Shown here: positions 1-12,704 of the stretch, one piece after another
How positions within the stretch are numbered: the first letter of the stretch is position 1
Layout of the letters: every line of letters starts with the position of its first letter
NCBI GenBank assembly: GCA_965153285.1
Contig: OZ229129.1
Direction: 5' to 3' (one strand)
Length of the DNA: 64,000 bases
DNA from: Podarcis tiliguerta
Taxonomy: Eukaryota
Program-made: the position numbers and the translations under genes
Notes under the pieces: model-generated
What the model saw: the letters and a program-made list of their open reading frames with translations, nothing else
Told to the model about the DNA's origin: nothing
Databases searched by the model: none

Positions 1-239
1 GTGTCTGAAGAGGCATGAATAGTGGGTGTGGATGGAACATGTTTAACATTATCGGGTGAAAGCAGGGATTAAAGGGGTTATACTCAACAAGTGTACAATC
101 TGTGTACACGTATGCCCAGAGAATTGAGCTATACACTTCTACAGTTACTCACACATAATGTTCGATGAGTCCATGTGCAGTCCATGTAGCTTTGATCACA
201 ATAATTAAGCTGTACCAGTGTACACTCACTCATAATAAT

Positions 240-600
240 ATAAGAGCCTCCTGGATCAGGCCATGCCCCATCTGCTTCATCATCCAGTAGCCAGTCAGAT
301 GCCTGTGGGAAACCAACAAGCAGGATTCAAGCACAAGAGCTTGACTTTGGAGGAAGAATATAGTCATCATGACTAGTAGCCACGATAGCCCTCTCCTTCA
401 TTTAATCTAATTGTTAGTCTAATCTTCTTTTGAAGCCATTCAAGTTGGTGGCCACCACTATCTCCTGTGGGAGAAAGTGCTATAGTTTCAACTGTGTGCT
501 GTGTGAAGGACTTCCTTTCCTCTGTCCTGAATCTTCCAATGCTCAGCTTCATTTGGTTGTCCATGAGTTCTAGTGTTATGACAGAAAGAGAAAACCTTTA
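240..600 (-). mobile_element. CR1 LINE 3' fragment (resumes at about 1303-1350 after an insertion)
   Basis: MKLSIGRFRTEERKSFTQ resembles the CR1 ORF2 C-terminus; squamate CR1 3'UTR motif aagagcc..ctggatcaggcc. Confidence 0.75.
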
Positions 601-1302
601 CTGCCGCATAGGTGCATACTGACCACTGTAGGTGAAGGGAGAGCCACAAGAATGATGCAAGAAACTGGTATTGGGTTGAATTAGGCCACAGCTTTATTGA
701 TTACAGGAAAGAGTAGATTTGGCTACCTGCTAGGAACCTGGTGGGGTCAAACTTGTGCTGGGGAGTCACTCCCAACATGGAATGGATCTACAACCTTGCA
801 CAAGCCACCATTGGGAGAGGTGTATTGGCCCATCGGTCCCCCAGTGGACTCCTGGACAGAGTCACCCGTCCTGGACCCCTCCAATGGGGTGCCCCTGTCC
901 ACCAGATGCCTTATCCACCAGAGTTGTGACAATTGCTATGAGGTAATCAAAAACCTGCAACCCAGCCAATTTGCTTACAGGAGAAAATTCTGACTTGGCC
1001 CCAAATACAGTGACCTAATAAACCATAGCATGGTCTGTAGGCAGACAGGCCCCTAAAGATTTGCTGGATGGAAAATCCTAGGATGATTGGCCAACAGGAT
1101 GGCCTACACTTGGCCATCCCCTTAAATAGGCTTGGGGAGGGCAAATCACAGCCCTTAAGCCCTTGCCTCTGATTGGCTAGGTAGGCGCTACCCAGCCTTA
1201 CCTAAGAGCCCAATCACACCAAAAGATGGCAGTCTCCCTGGACCCACTGCAGCTGCCCCATGAAGCAACAGCTGCCCCCTGGAGTCCCAGGTGAGCAGAT
1301 AT
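601..1302. mobile_element. Unclassified insertion of about 700 bp splitting the CR1, possibly a solo LTR
   Basis: CR1 sequence stops at 600 and resumes at about 1303; has a minus-strand AATAAA and CCAAT/TATA-like motifs; no clear TSD. Confidence 0.4.
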
Positions 1303-1754
1303 TCTCTATCCATTTCCTCCATGCTATAAATAGTTTAACACTTGTACCTCTATAGCGACAGCTGTGCCCTGTGTTCATTGTAAGGTGTCACCAAGTCTGA
1401 AGAGAGCAGAACATCAGGGATGGGTAAACTGTCACCTTCCAGATGTTATTTATATATTTCTTAATTTTTCTACTCTATACCAATCCCAAGGTGGTTTACA
1501 ACTTTAAAAGATAAACAGTGCACTAAATGAAAAATGAATAGGCACATGTTACAATAAATCAAAATTAAAATGCAGCCATAAATTCAGCAACCAGAACAGC
1601 TCTCAAGGTCAGTTATTGTTGACCCACAAAGACCTGGTTGAATCAATATGCATTCAGAATGCACAGAAAACTCAAGACTGGTTCCAGCCTTCTTTCCAGT
1701 GAAGATATTTTCATGAACTAGACAGAGAAGACCAGCCCCCTGTTTTCCACCACA

Positions 1755-2041
1755 TAGGGCTGCCGTACATTCAGAAATTGCCGGACACAGCTGGGAATCA
1801 GCCCTCGGAAACAGAGTCTGAGTGGAAATAGCTTAAATGAATGGGGAAATCTGGCCATATGGCAACCCATGTTGGAAGTGTAGATTTTGCTGGATTTCCT
1901 TAAAAATAGCTCAAATCTTAAGCTTTTTCTTGCAGAATCTCAAACAAAATATTAACAACTTTGGCCAAAAATAAAAAAGTCAACAACTTTGCCAACAATT
2001 TTTGTGTCCAGATTGTCACTTTTTGAAATATGGCAACCCTA
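1755..2041. mobile_element. hAT-type MITE
   Basis: TIRs TAGGGCTGCC and GGCAACCCTA; 8-bp TSD ccaccaca/acaccaca (7 of 8 match). Confidence 0.8.
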
Positions 2042-2597
2042 ACACCACATGTATTTCTGCAAGCTTTGGCAGAACCAGTCTGGCCTCATTCTAAGATTTC
2101 AGTAGCTGGACTGGTCTATATTGGCAAAGGATGGTGTTCCCTAACCATTGGTCCTGCTTGCTAAGTTTGGTGTGACTTACAGTTCAACAACCACTGGGGA
2201 GCCAGATTTCAGAAACAATGCCCTAAATTATGGCATGTCCCTCACAGAGGGGCTTCTAGCATCTTTGTTGCCTATGCTTTCACCATAGGCTGAAGATCTA
2301 TCTCTTTACCCAAGTCTTTGACAGTTAAGATGTTTTGTGGGACCCACTGCTTTTCCTGAATTAGTACTGTTCTGGTTATTATAATGGTTTTGTGTGTTTT
2401 ACTTGTTTTTTTAAAAAACAATTGTAATAGTTCCACTTGTTTTATAAGTGCATATTATATTGTTGTAACCCACCCTGGGACCTTGTGGTGAATGGATGGG
2501 TGTTAAGAAATTTGAAAAATTAATAAACAACATGGCGACCGTTGCTGCTTTTTCAGCAGGGGTGTTACATGCATCCATCATTAGTCATACTCAGAGT

Positions 2598-3270
2598 GTT
2601 GTTGTTGTTTAGTCATTTAGTCGTGTCCGACTCTTCGTGGCCCCATGGACCAGAGCACACCAGGCACTCCTGTCTTCCACTGCCTCCCGCAGTTTGGTCA
2701 GACTCATGTTTGTAGCTTCGAGAACGCTGTCCAACCATCTCGTTCTCTGTTGTCCCCTTCTTCTTATGCCCTCAATCTTTCCCAACATCAGGGTCTTTTC
2801 CAGGGAGTCTTCTCTTCTCATGAGGTGGCCAAAGTATTGGAGCCTCAGCTTCAGGATCTGTCCTTCCCGTGAGCACTCAGGGCTGATTTCCTTAAGAATG
2901 GATACGTTTGATCTTGCAGTCCATGGGACTCTCAAGAGTCTCCTCCAGCACCATAATTCAATTCTGCGGCGATCAGCTCTCACTTCCATACATCACTACT
3001 GGGAAAACCATGGCTTTAACTATATGGACATTTGTTGGTAAGGTGATGTCTCTGCTTTTTAAGATGCTGTCTAGGTTTGTCATTGCTTTTCTCCCAAGGA
3101 GCAGGCGTCTTTTAATTTCGTGACTACTGTCACCATCTGCAGTGATCATGGAGCCCAAGAAAGTAAAATCTCTCACTGCCTCCATTTCTTCCCCTTCTAT
3201 TTGCCAGGAGGTGATGGGCCCAGTGGCCAAGATCTTCGTTTTTTGATGTTGAGCTTCAGACCATATTTTG
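2598..3270 (-). mobile_element. BovB (RTE) LINE, 5'-truncated
   Basis: ELWCWRRLLRVPWTAR...LQYFGHLMRREDSLEKTLMLGKIEG...SRTRLND; (CAA)n tail; 12-bp TSD catactcagagt (2586-2597 and 3271-3282). Confidence 0.95.
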
Positions 3271-4119
3271 CATACTCAGAGTAAGCCCATTCAAATGAAT
3301 GGATATGACTGAGGGAGGGAGCCAAACCAATGATATGCCTGCATTGGTAGACTTTGGAATAGGCAGATCTCTGGCTGAACCTGGGCTCAGCCGGGGCTAC
3401 GTTGGCTAAAGTGCTCTATCCCTGCTCAGCCAGGGCTCTGCCAAAACCAGCATAAATCCTGGAAAGTGAGCATTCTGGGGGGTGGGGGGTGGGATGGGTC
3501 AGGTGGTGATTCCTCCCATCACATAACCTCCAAGTGTCCCAGTTTTCCAGGGACAGTCCTCAAATTACAAAAGTCATCCTTGCTTCTGATTTGACCCTGG
3601 AATGTCCCTATTACCTCCATCAGTGCTACCACTGCTGAGTTCAGGAAGGAGGGTGAGCTGGCGCTTGTCCTGGGCAGCTGCAGCTGCAAGGGAGCATCCA
3701 GTTGCCACTCTGTGTCCTCTCCATGGCCACTGATGGCCTCATCCTTTGGGCAACTTGTAGCAACTGCTGCAGAATGGGCAGGGAGAAGAGCCTGCTGCCA
3801 CCAAGGCCCAGCCCTGCAAAATGTGCCAGTTCTGAGGCACAGGCAGAGGGCAGGGCTGCCCAGGATGTGAAGAAAGGCAGAATGGAGCAAAGCACAAGGA
3901 AATGTTTTTTTTAAAAAATGCTTTGTCTGTCCGTAACTAATCTTGCCCTTTCTAAAATGTATTTATTGGTGTGCGTGTGTTTCTCTTTGTAAATCTATCA
4001 AAGAATAAAATAAAATAAGGATTAAGGGGTTTTCTCAAGATGTGTGTGTGTGTGTGTGTGTGTGTGTCCTGTTAGTGTAGTGGTTGGGGCACTCATTCTT
4101 CTGAAAACAAATGCTCCTT

Positions 4120-4846
4120 TGGTTCCTACTATTGCGGAGTGGCAGGCAAAAATGATGAACTTTGCGGAGTTAGCCAAGCTGACCTGCAGGATTCGGGACC
4201 AGGACGAACAGAGATTCCAGGAAAATTGGTATAAATTTATTGATTACATAAGTGATAACTGTAAAAACTTAAAGACACTAGCAGGATTGAAGTAACTCCT
4301 ACAACATAGATAAGATGTAAAGAGTTAAAATGTGCGATTGGATTTGAAAAGGGATACCAGCTGAAGACTCGGGACTTGGGTGGCGCTGTGGGTTAAACCA
4401 CAGAGCCTAGGGTTTCCCGAGCAGAAGGTTGATAGTTCGAATCCCCGCGACGCAGTGAGCTCCCGTTGCTTTGTCCCTGTTCCTGCCAACCTAGCAGTTC
4501 GAAAGCACATCAAGTGCAAGTAGATAAATAGGTACCGCTCTGGCAGGAAGGTAAATGGCGTTTCCGTGTGCTGCTCTGGTTCGCCAGAAGCAGCTTAGTC
4601 CTGCTGGCCACATGACCTGGAAGCTGTACGCTGGCTCCCTTGGCTAATAAAGCAAGATGAGCGCCGCAACCCCAGAGTCAGCCATGACTGGACCTAATAG
4701 TCAGGGGTCCCTTTACCTTTACCAGCTGAAGGGAAGGGAGGAAGTCACAAGCTTGGCAGAGCAAAAAGGGTTATAGGTTGAGTAATGTATTGTATGATTG
4801 TGTAAAGAAAACAATAAAAATTTATTGGGGGGGGGGAGGAAAAAAG
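4120..4846 (+). mobile_element. L1 3' end (ORF2 C-terminus and 3'UTR) carrying a SINE insertion
   Basis: PTIAEWQAKMMNFAELAKLT...WYKFIDY; AATAAA at about 4813; TSD aaatgctcctt (4109-4119 and 4847-4857). Confidence 0.85.
4367..4719 (+). mobile_element. Sauria SINE
   Basis: tRNA-like head GGTGGCGCTGTGGGTTAAACC..GTTCGAATCC; ACCTTT tail; TSD taccagctgaag (4355-4366 and 4720-4731). Confidence 0.9.
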
Positions 4847-5896
4847 AAATGCTCCTTCGGGGGGGGGTGTCAAGGTGGGTCAGTTGTGGGGGGAATGAGA
4901 AAAATCCCTATTTTCATCTGAGGAATGCGGGAGAATATGCATTCTGCTTTGCCATGTGACCTATCAACCCTGAGGAATTTTTCCTAGGGTAAATGGTGGT
5001 ATAAGTCAAACTCTATTTTAAAGACCCAGCACCCCCCCTGCCAGGCCTTGGGTCAGTTCAGCCAGCATTTACCCCTCTCCTGAAACTAATTTGCAAGAGG
5101 GCAAGTTACCCTGACATAAATTGTGCTGGCTTCCTATAGTTTGGATTGCTCTGTGACTTTGGTACATTAATTTCAGGTCTACTCTGAGTCAAATTTAGCT
5201 GGTTGCAGCCCATTGGTTTGATAAATATTATTCCTCCTCACCCTGTTTACTTCTGTACTGCCTGTTTTTCCACTTGGGTAGTAAAGGAACAGTTTACCGA
5301 GGGGTGGTGCTCAGTACCCTAAGCCCTGAAGTAAAGGGAACAGTGTATAATTGTAAGGAGAAGGTTGTAATTTATCCAATCTGCTTTAATGAAATACTGA
5401 AGCTCAGATCTGTGCTTTATTTAACTGACAATAATATGTGTCTTAAGTGTGTTATGAGTTCACATAAACATTCATATGAAAATTAGACTGAATCTGAATA
5501 CAATATAAGTGTCTAATCACAAGCGAATGATAGAACCAAACAGCATGTTGAAAAGATCAGAGTAATAAAAGATGGCAATAAAGGGAACAGTTTAATATTT
5601 TCTGAAGGCTTCGACCGTATGTTCTTTGGCAGCAACACTGATCTTTTGACAATGACGACTGAAAGTAATAAACTAACATTCGCTTGTTGTTTAAACTTTT
5701 GGGGACCCTCGGATGATGTATCCTCCACCTGAATCCAGCCCCTTTTCTACCTGGTCTTCTTTGCAGGGCTATTTGTAGGGCACAGGAGCCTGTGCCCCTC
5801 CAGAGGGTGTGGGAATTTAAATCCCATCAGCTCCAGCCTGCATTCCCAGTAGTCTGGGATGACAGGAATTGCAGAACATCTGAAGGGCAGGGCAGA

Positions 5897-6038
5897 TTCT
5901 CGCTTTTATTATTGGTTTCTTCCCCTGCCACACAAATCTCATAATATCTCTTTGATACTCTTTGAAGCATCCCATATCGCTGATCATTGGAACCATTTGC
6001 AATAAAAACATTTTTGGTAGCACGTTCATCTTAAGGAC
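5897..6038 (-). mobile_element. Short L1 ORF2 piece, the inverted continuation of 7860-9522
   Basis: Encodes VLKMNVLPKM...RFVWQGKKPIIKARI. Confidence 0.8.
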
Positions 6039-6039
6039 A

Positions 6040-7828
6040 CCTGATCTCAGTGATCACGGGTAGGAGGAAGAGTTACACTAGGACCAGACCATCTCATTCC
6101 TGAGGAGGCAGGTTTAGTCATTGTTTGAAGACTATCCCTGCCTCTGGGTCTGGTCTTGACCGGAAGGACTATGGCACCCTCTCTGATTGCATGGAGCCTG
6201 GACAGCCCCGTGTTTTCCCCCAGAGCCGAAGGTGATGAAACAATCGCTGAGAATGGCTAGAGTGCCGGTGGCAAAAAAACTCATTCTGAATCGGACCAGA
6301 CACGGGTTAGAGCTCAATGTTGAACCAACCAAGTGGTGATAACGATGGTGAAGAGGACCTTCTTTGCCGCCTCTATTGCATATGCAGAAAACAGCAGCAG
6401 GATACTCTTTCAGGTGGTTTGCTTTTTAATAGAACCACCACCATCGGGGCCTAGTGAGGACCCCAATATCTCTTGCAACCATTTCACAAAGTTTTTTGCA
6501 GATAGTCGCTCAGATTCAGAAGGAGGTAGACTCCACTGCTGTGTACTGACAAATGTTCCTTTTTCTGACTGACGGTCGAAGACAGGACTCACCATGGGAC
6601 TGAAACTGCCTTGGTCGTGCTGGTTGATGATCTCTGGCGGGCTAGGGACAAAAGTGAAAGCTGTTTCCTGGTCATGCTGGATCACTCAGCGGCCTTTGAT
6701 ACCACTGACCGTGACATTCTTCTGGACCACTTAGAGGACCTGGGAGCTGGGGGTGCTGTTATACCAGAAAGTGGTGTTGGGGAATGAGTGTTCAGACCCC
6801 TGGGCTCTCACTTATGGGGTGCCTCAGGGCTCCATCCTCTCCCCCATGCTTTTTAACATCTATATGAAGAGCTCATCAAAGAGTTTGGGCTCGGTGTTCA
6901 ATAGTATGCAGGTGATACCCAGATCTACCTCACTTTTAAATCAGAACCAGTGAAGGCAGTGAATGTCCTTTGTGAGTGTCTGGACGTGGTTGGAGGATGG
7001 ATGGCAGCTAACGGATTGAGGTTGAATCCTGACAAGATCGATGTACAGTTTTTTGGGGGACAGGGGGTGGGCAGGTGTGGGGGACTCCCTGGTCCTGAAT
7101 GGGATAACTGTGCCCCCGAAGAACCAGGTGTGCAGCATGGGAGTGATTTTGAACTCACAGCTGTCCATGGAGGCGTAGGTCAATTCTGTGTCCATGGCAG
7201 CTGTCTACCAGCTCCATTTGGTATGCAGGCTGAAACCCTAACTGTCCACAGACTGTCTCGCCAGAGTGGCGCATGCTATGGTTATCTCCCACTTGGACTA
7301 CTGCAATGCACTCTATGTGTGGCTACCTTTGAAGGTGACTCGGAAACTACAACTAATCCAGAATGCAGCAACTAGACGGGTGACTGGGAGTGGCCACCAA
7401 GACCATATAACACCAGTCCTGAAAGACCTACAATTGCTCCCAGTACTTTTCTGGGCAATTCAGAGTGTTGGTACTGACCTTTAAACCCCTAAATGACCTC
7501 GGCCCAGTATACCTGAAGGAGCATCTCCACCCCCATCATTCAGCCTGGACGCTGAGGTCCAGCTCCAAGGGCCTTCTGGTGGTTCCCTCACAGCGAGAAG
7601 TGAGGTTACTGGGAACCTGACAGAGGGCATTTTTGGTAGTGACACCCACCCCATTGAATGCCCTCCCATCAGATGTCAAGGAAATAAACAACTTTTAGAA
7701 GACATCTGAAGGCAAGCATGTACCGGGAAAGTTTTAATGTCTAATGTTTTACAATTTTTTATGTGCTGTAAGCCACCCAGAGTGGCTGGGGAAACCCAGC
7801 CAGATGGGTAGGGTATATATATAATACA

Positions 7829-7859
<31 letters not shown>
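6040..7859 (+). mobile_element. L2 LINE, degraded RT and 3' end
   Basis: LDHSAAFDT, GVPQGSILSPMLFNIYM, LRLNPDK, SHLDYCNALY, KLQLIQNAA; (TTA)n tail. Confidence 0.9.
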
Positions 7860-7862
<3 letters not shown>

Positions 7863-9522
7863 AACTTAGTACCTAAGATCTTAATGTTAATAAAGATATA
7901 GACTTAAATGTAGTGTGCAATGCCAGCAAGGTGGTAACTAGAGGCTTTTTAATTCAGCAAAATGCATATTTAAAGAAAACAAGAGAAACTAAGAAACAGG
8001 AGATTTTGAAAGCATTAATATCCAAGGAAAAAGAACTTAATAATAAATTTGGTAATAAAGAAGTCATACAAGTGATTAATTTTTCCTACAAACATAGTTT
8101 TCAGTGTTGATGAATCAGGAAGTTGAAATGAAAGTAAAATTAATGAAACAGAAAAAAATTCAAATTTAGAAACAAACCAGGCAAATTGCTTGCTTGGCAG
8201 CTCAAAAAAGAGAATAGGAATAAGACAATAAGATTATTGGTGGAGAAAAACACCTAACAAATCCAAAAGAAATAATAAATGAGTTTGTTAAGTTTTATTC
8301 AGCATTATATCAGAAGGAGAGAGAAGACCTTGAAAAAATGGATCATAATTTGAAGGGATGTAATATACCTAAAATCACAAAGTATAATTTGAGGATTTTA
8401 AATGCACCCATATCAACACCGGAAATACAGCAGGTAATCAAATGAAGTCAGGGAAAGCACTCTGTCCGGATGGAATCACAGCATCATAGTATAAAAAGTT
8501 TCAAGATGGTTTAATACAACCACTTAAAGACGCCTTGAATAGAATTTTGGAGACAGGAGTGGTGCCTGAATCGGGGGAAAATGCATTTATCACCCTAATC
8601 CCTAAGCAGGACAGTGACTTAACAAGAACTAAGAATTATAGACCAATCTCTCTACTTAATTTTGATTACAAATTATTTGCTGCCATATTAGCCAATAGGC
8701 TGAAAATAGTCTTGAGAGAATATACATCAGGATCAATCAGGTTTTCTACCAGGTTGACAATTAAAAGATAAACCTGAATGAAAATCTAGAAGTTAGGAAT
8801 GAAAAACAAGCAGCATTAATTTTCCTAGATGCAGAAAAAGGCTTTTGATAATATTTCATGGTTATTTATGACCAAGGTATTAGAGAAGATGGAAGTGGGT
8901 AATACCTTCTTAAAAGGAATTAAAGCAATTTAATCTGCGAAAATATGAATTATGGTGCTGGAGGAGACTCTTGAGAGTCCCATGGACTGCAAGAAGATCA
9001 AACGCATCCATTCTTAAGGAAATCAGCCCTGAGTGCTCACTGGAAGGACAGATCGTGAAGCTGAGGCTCCAATACTTTGGCCACCTCATGAGAAGAGAAG
9101 ACTCACTGGAAAAGACCCTGATGTTGGGAAAGATGGAGGGCACAAGGAGAAGAGGACGACAGAGGACGAGATGGTTAGACAGTGTTCTCGAAGCTACAAA
9201 CATGAATCTGACCAAACTGCGGGTGGCAGTGGAAGACAGAAGTGCCTGGCGTGCTCTGGTCCATGGGGTCACGAAGAGTCGGACACGACTGAACGACTAA
9301 ACAACAATCTGCGAAAATGATTGTAAATAATCTTTCAGATAACTGTAAAATAATTAAAGGACTAAACAAGGTTGCCCATTATTCCCATTGTTGTACACCG
9401 TATATTGATGGTGGAACTATTGTTATGGGATATAAATTTATTTAAAGATAATTATGTAAAAGTGTGGGGGGGAAAGTTGGAGATATGGGGAAGAATGAAG
9501 TTTTCTCTAATGGGTAGAATAT
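7860..9522 (+). mobile_element. L1 ORF2 fragment (RT region) with a BovB insertion
   Basis: FITLIPKQDSD..NYRPISLLNFDYKLFAAILANRL, FLDAEK, KQGCPL, MKFSLMGRIS. Confidence 0.88.
8945..9305 (+). mobile_element. BovB (RTE) LINE 3' end
   Basis: RVPWTARRSN...SRTRLND; 13-bp TSD aatctgcgaaaat (8932-8944 and 9306-9318). Confidence 0.95.
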
Positions 9523-10919
9523 CAGGGCAGAATATTGAAGAGGGGTTATGCATGTGCTCTAGAGGAAGAAAGGGACAGATGGGACTCATCAGCCTGGGAA
9601 GGTACCCCATCTAAGAGAAGAAAAAGTCTGGTCCTAAACCTCTGCTGCCTTGTGGGATATCTGTGGGATAAGAAAAGGCTAAGCTCTACACAATTCCAGA
9701 GTGGAGTCCCTAAGGAGGATGGATGGTGCCTTGTATGCCTCGTTTTGGCAACTCCTGCAGCCAAGCTAGTGCCAGACTTTTGCTATGCTTTCCTTTGGAC
9801 CACATCAGCATGGCCGAGAGGGGGTTCTTTTTGTCTAGGCAGCCCAGGACCTCTATACACACTGCCTAGGCTTGCACCTCAGAAGGTCACTTTGGTGCTG
9901 CTAACACAGCAGTCTAACTTTCTGATGCAGTTGCAAACTCCATTGTCTCTCAAGGCCGAAAGATGCCAACAATGGGAAGTGATGTATAAGTTGATAAAAC
10001 CTAACCCTTATTTGTTCTAATAAACCAGGGATAGAGCACTGATGGCCTCCCAGGTGTTATTTGACAACTACTACCACTATCAACTTCCAATGGTCAGGGA
10101 CGATCTTGGATCATGCTGACTGTGCTGAATGGGAGCTGGAATCTGATAATTTCTGGAGGGCAAGTGGTTCCCCATCTCTGCAATTGACTGTGACCTATTA
10201 TGATGTGCTTGCAAAGTTGAGCACTCATCCACACTTCCACTTGTTCTGTGCCAAAATGTACGGGTTCAAGCAGTTTTCTGCTTGACCTGCACTTTCTATG
10301 CACTGGTATGAGCAGTTTTCTCCTTGTTTCATGCCTTTCCAAGGGAAAACCCACTCTTTAGTGGTAGATAAGAACAAACGGCAATCCAGGAATACCCAAA
10401 TTGCCATTTGTTCCAACTGAACATTAAACAGCAACCCCCCCCCCCCCCGGGAAAAGCAGCAAGACAAAAGGAAGTGTGCATAAGTGCAATACAGCTTTAT
10501 TACCTGTTGTCTGGAGTTCACCATCTTATTGCAATGAAAACTGCATGTTGTATGCCCTGGGCATGCTGTAAAGATGCCTGCTGATACATTTATAAGATTG
10601 AATGAACAAACAAATTAAACAAACATTTGGCTCAGCTTCCACTATATGGAAGCAGTGAAGACTTAGTATAATTTCTCTTTTTTTAATTACAGATTTTGTT
10701 GGCCTTGCTTTATTTGTTTGTTTGTTTGTTTTTGTTTGTTTTAAGGAAGAATTGCCATCTCTCTGTACACAGGAGATTGTGGAATGGTGGACAGCTGGAA
10801 TGGAAAGGAGGGGAGGGGACTGAAGCTTCAAAAGGGGAGGGGAGCACAAAGGTCAAATTAATCTGGCTTGGATTAAAATGAATGTTCTTAGTTTTGGGGA
10901 AACGGTTTGGCAGGTGGAA

Positions 10920-11100
10920 ATAGCCATAGCTCAGTTGTAGAGTGTCTGCTTTGATTGCAGAAGATTCCAGGTTCAATCCCTGGTGTCTCCACTTAGGACT
11001 GGGAAAGACCTCCTGCCTAAAATTCTGGAGAGTTACTGCCAATCAGTCTAGACAATGCTGAGCAAGATGAGCCAATGGTCTGGCTCACTATGAGGAAGTA
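10920..11100 (+). mobile_element. Squam3-like tRNA-derived SINE
   Basis: A-box TAGCTCAGTTGTAGAG and B-box GGTTCAATCCC followed by a Squam3-like body. Related copies at about 13620-13735(-), 15860-16012(+), 17225-17400(-), 22540-22725(+) and 60037-60182(+). Confidence 0.75.
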
Positions 11101-11430
11101 TATTTTGTTGTTAGGAAACAATTTAAGAAGGAACATGTGAAGGGAAAATTTGTCCATTGCTATTTCTGCTCTTTGAAACTTCATGCCATGGTGTTGGTTT
11201 CTAAACGTGACATGAGATGGTTTTTTGCTCTTAGATGCATTAGGCGATAAAATAGACTGCTTTTGTTAATTTTATTTTTTTGAAAAACCACTAGAAATAC
11301 TCCTCCCCCCCCCCCCCATAATGTATACCAGCATTCAGTATACTCACCATGCTACTATGGGACATTTAAACAAAACATACACTCCCTTCTATGCAATTAA
11401 AGTTACTAACTTTTAACATCGGGTCAAACT

Positions 11431-12704
11431 GTTCTGCCAAGTTGGGGCAGATTCTAGAACAAGTCTGACAGTGAAGCTAGGAGGATACTACAGTGACTTT
11501 TGGCAGTTTTAGGAGTTGAGAGATAGGGTTCAGGTTGAGAGGTAGGGCTTGATTTGAGATGGGAGATAGGGATTAGGATGAGATTTGATGGAGGGAGAAC
11601 TGGTTCTGATTTGAGTTGAACATCCTCACTATAGCAAGAGGAAGGAGCCTTGCAGCTTAGATGGGAAGAGCAGCTTGAGTGTCTGGGGAAAGTATACAGA
11701 CAGAGGTACCTGGAGGGCTGAGTCTGAGCCAGGAGAGGGGGAAGCTGTGGAAATACAGACTCCCTGGGTCTTATTCTAGCCGGGGCGGGCTGGGAGGGGG
11801 AGATCTTCTAGGTAAAGAAGACTCCCAAGTCAGTAACAAGGGGTGAGGGGATCCCCTGGGTCTGTTATACCAAATGGAATACCTCAGGCATGAGATTGCT
11901 AAGAGAGTGGGTAACTGACGAAAAGTGCCGCTCACTCCTGAACCAAAGTACAGGGGTACCTTGAGTTATGAATGCTTCAGGTTACAAACTCTGCTAACCT
12001 GGAAGAGTTACCTCAAGTTGAGAACTTTGCCCCCAGGATGACAATGGAAATTGTGTGCCAGTGGCGCAGCAGCAGCAAAAGGCCCCATTAGCAAAAAGCA
12101 CGCCTCTAGTTAAGAACAGTTTCAGGTTAAGAATGGACCTCCGGAATGAATTAAATTCATAACTAGAGGTACCACTGTATTAAGCTGCGAAGGAAGTTGT
12201 GCTGTGTCAAAAGTATTTAACTGTAACACCTGTCGTAACTAAGTAAGGGAACAAGACTGAAGTAACAAACTGAGTTAAGCGTTTTAGCACCCATTATAGA
12301 AACCTCAACATCTACCTGAAGTGTAACAACTGATTTTTAGCAACTGAAGTTTAAGAATGATATACTGCTATGTTTAAGTCCATAACATCTTTATATTTAG
12401 TTCAGGTAATAAGTTAACTTATACCTGAAAGAACACATCTCCTGACCCAACTTTGTTTCACAAACTTCTTCTTGTAAATAAAATGTTTCTTGTTTGTTCA
12501 GCTTCTGTCTAAAACTCTAAATCACAAAGTTTCCCCTCACACAAGACCCCCATAAGATTGGTGTACTATGCGATGGGTGCACTATATTTAATTGGAGGCA
12601 GTTAGCGGGGTGAATCTGCTACTTTATTAATTGGTGGTTAGTGGTGGGATTCACTACACCAAAATTACTGCATTTGGGGTCCATTCTGCTGAGTGGACCC
12701 GGAC
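11431..12704 (+). mobile_element. Putative solo LTR containing a mariner-type MITE
   Basis: TGT...ACA ends; AATAAA at about 12478; segment 11590-11690 is homologous to the reverse complement of 39370-39480. Boundaries uncertain. Confidence 0.45.
11951..12177. mobile_element. Tc1/mariner-type MITE (CAGTGGTACC TIR, TA TSD)
   Basis: TA|CAGGGGTACC...GGTACCACTG|TA. Confidence 0.88.

Noticed and set aside
2609-3230. BovB ORFs as host genes
   Set aside because: They are truncated LINE fragments with a TSD and tail.
10920-11000. tRNA gene
   Set aside because: It is a degenerate tRNA-like head followed by a SINE body, with several similar copies in the window.
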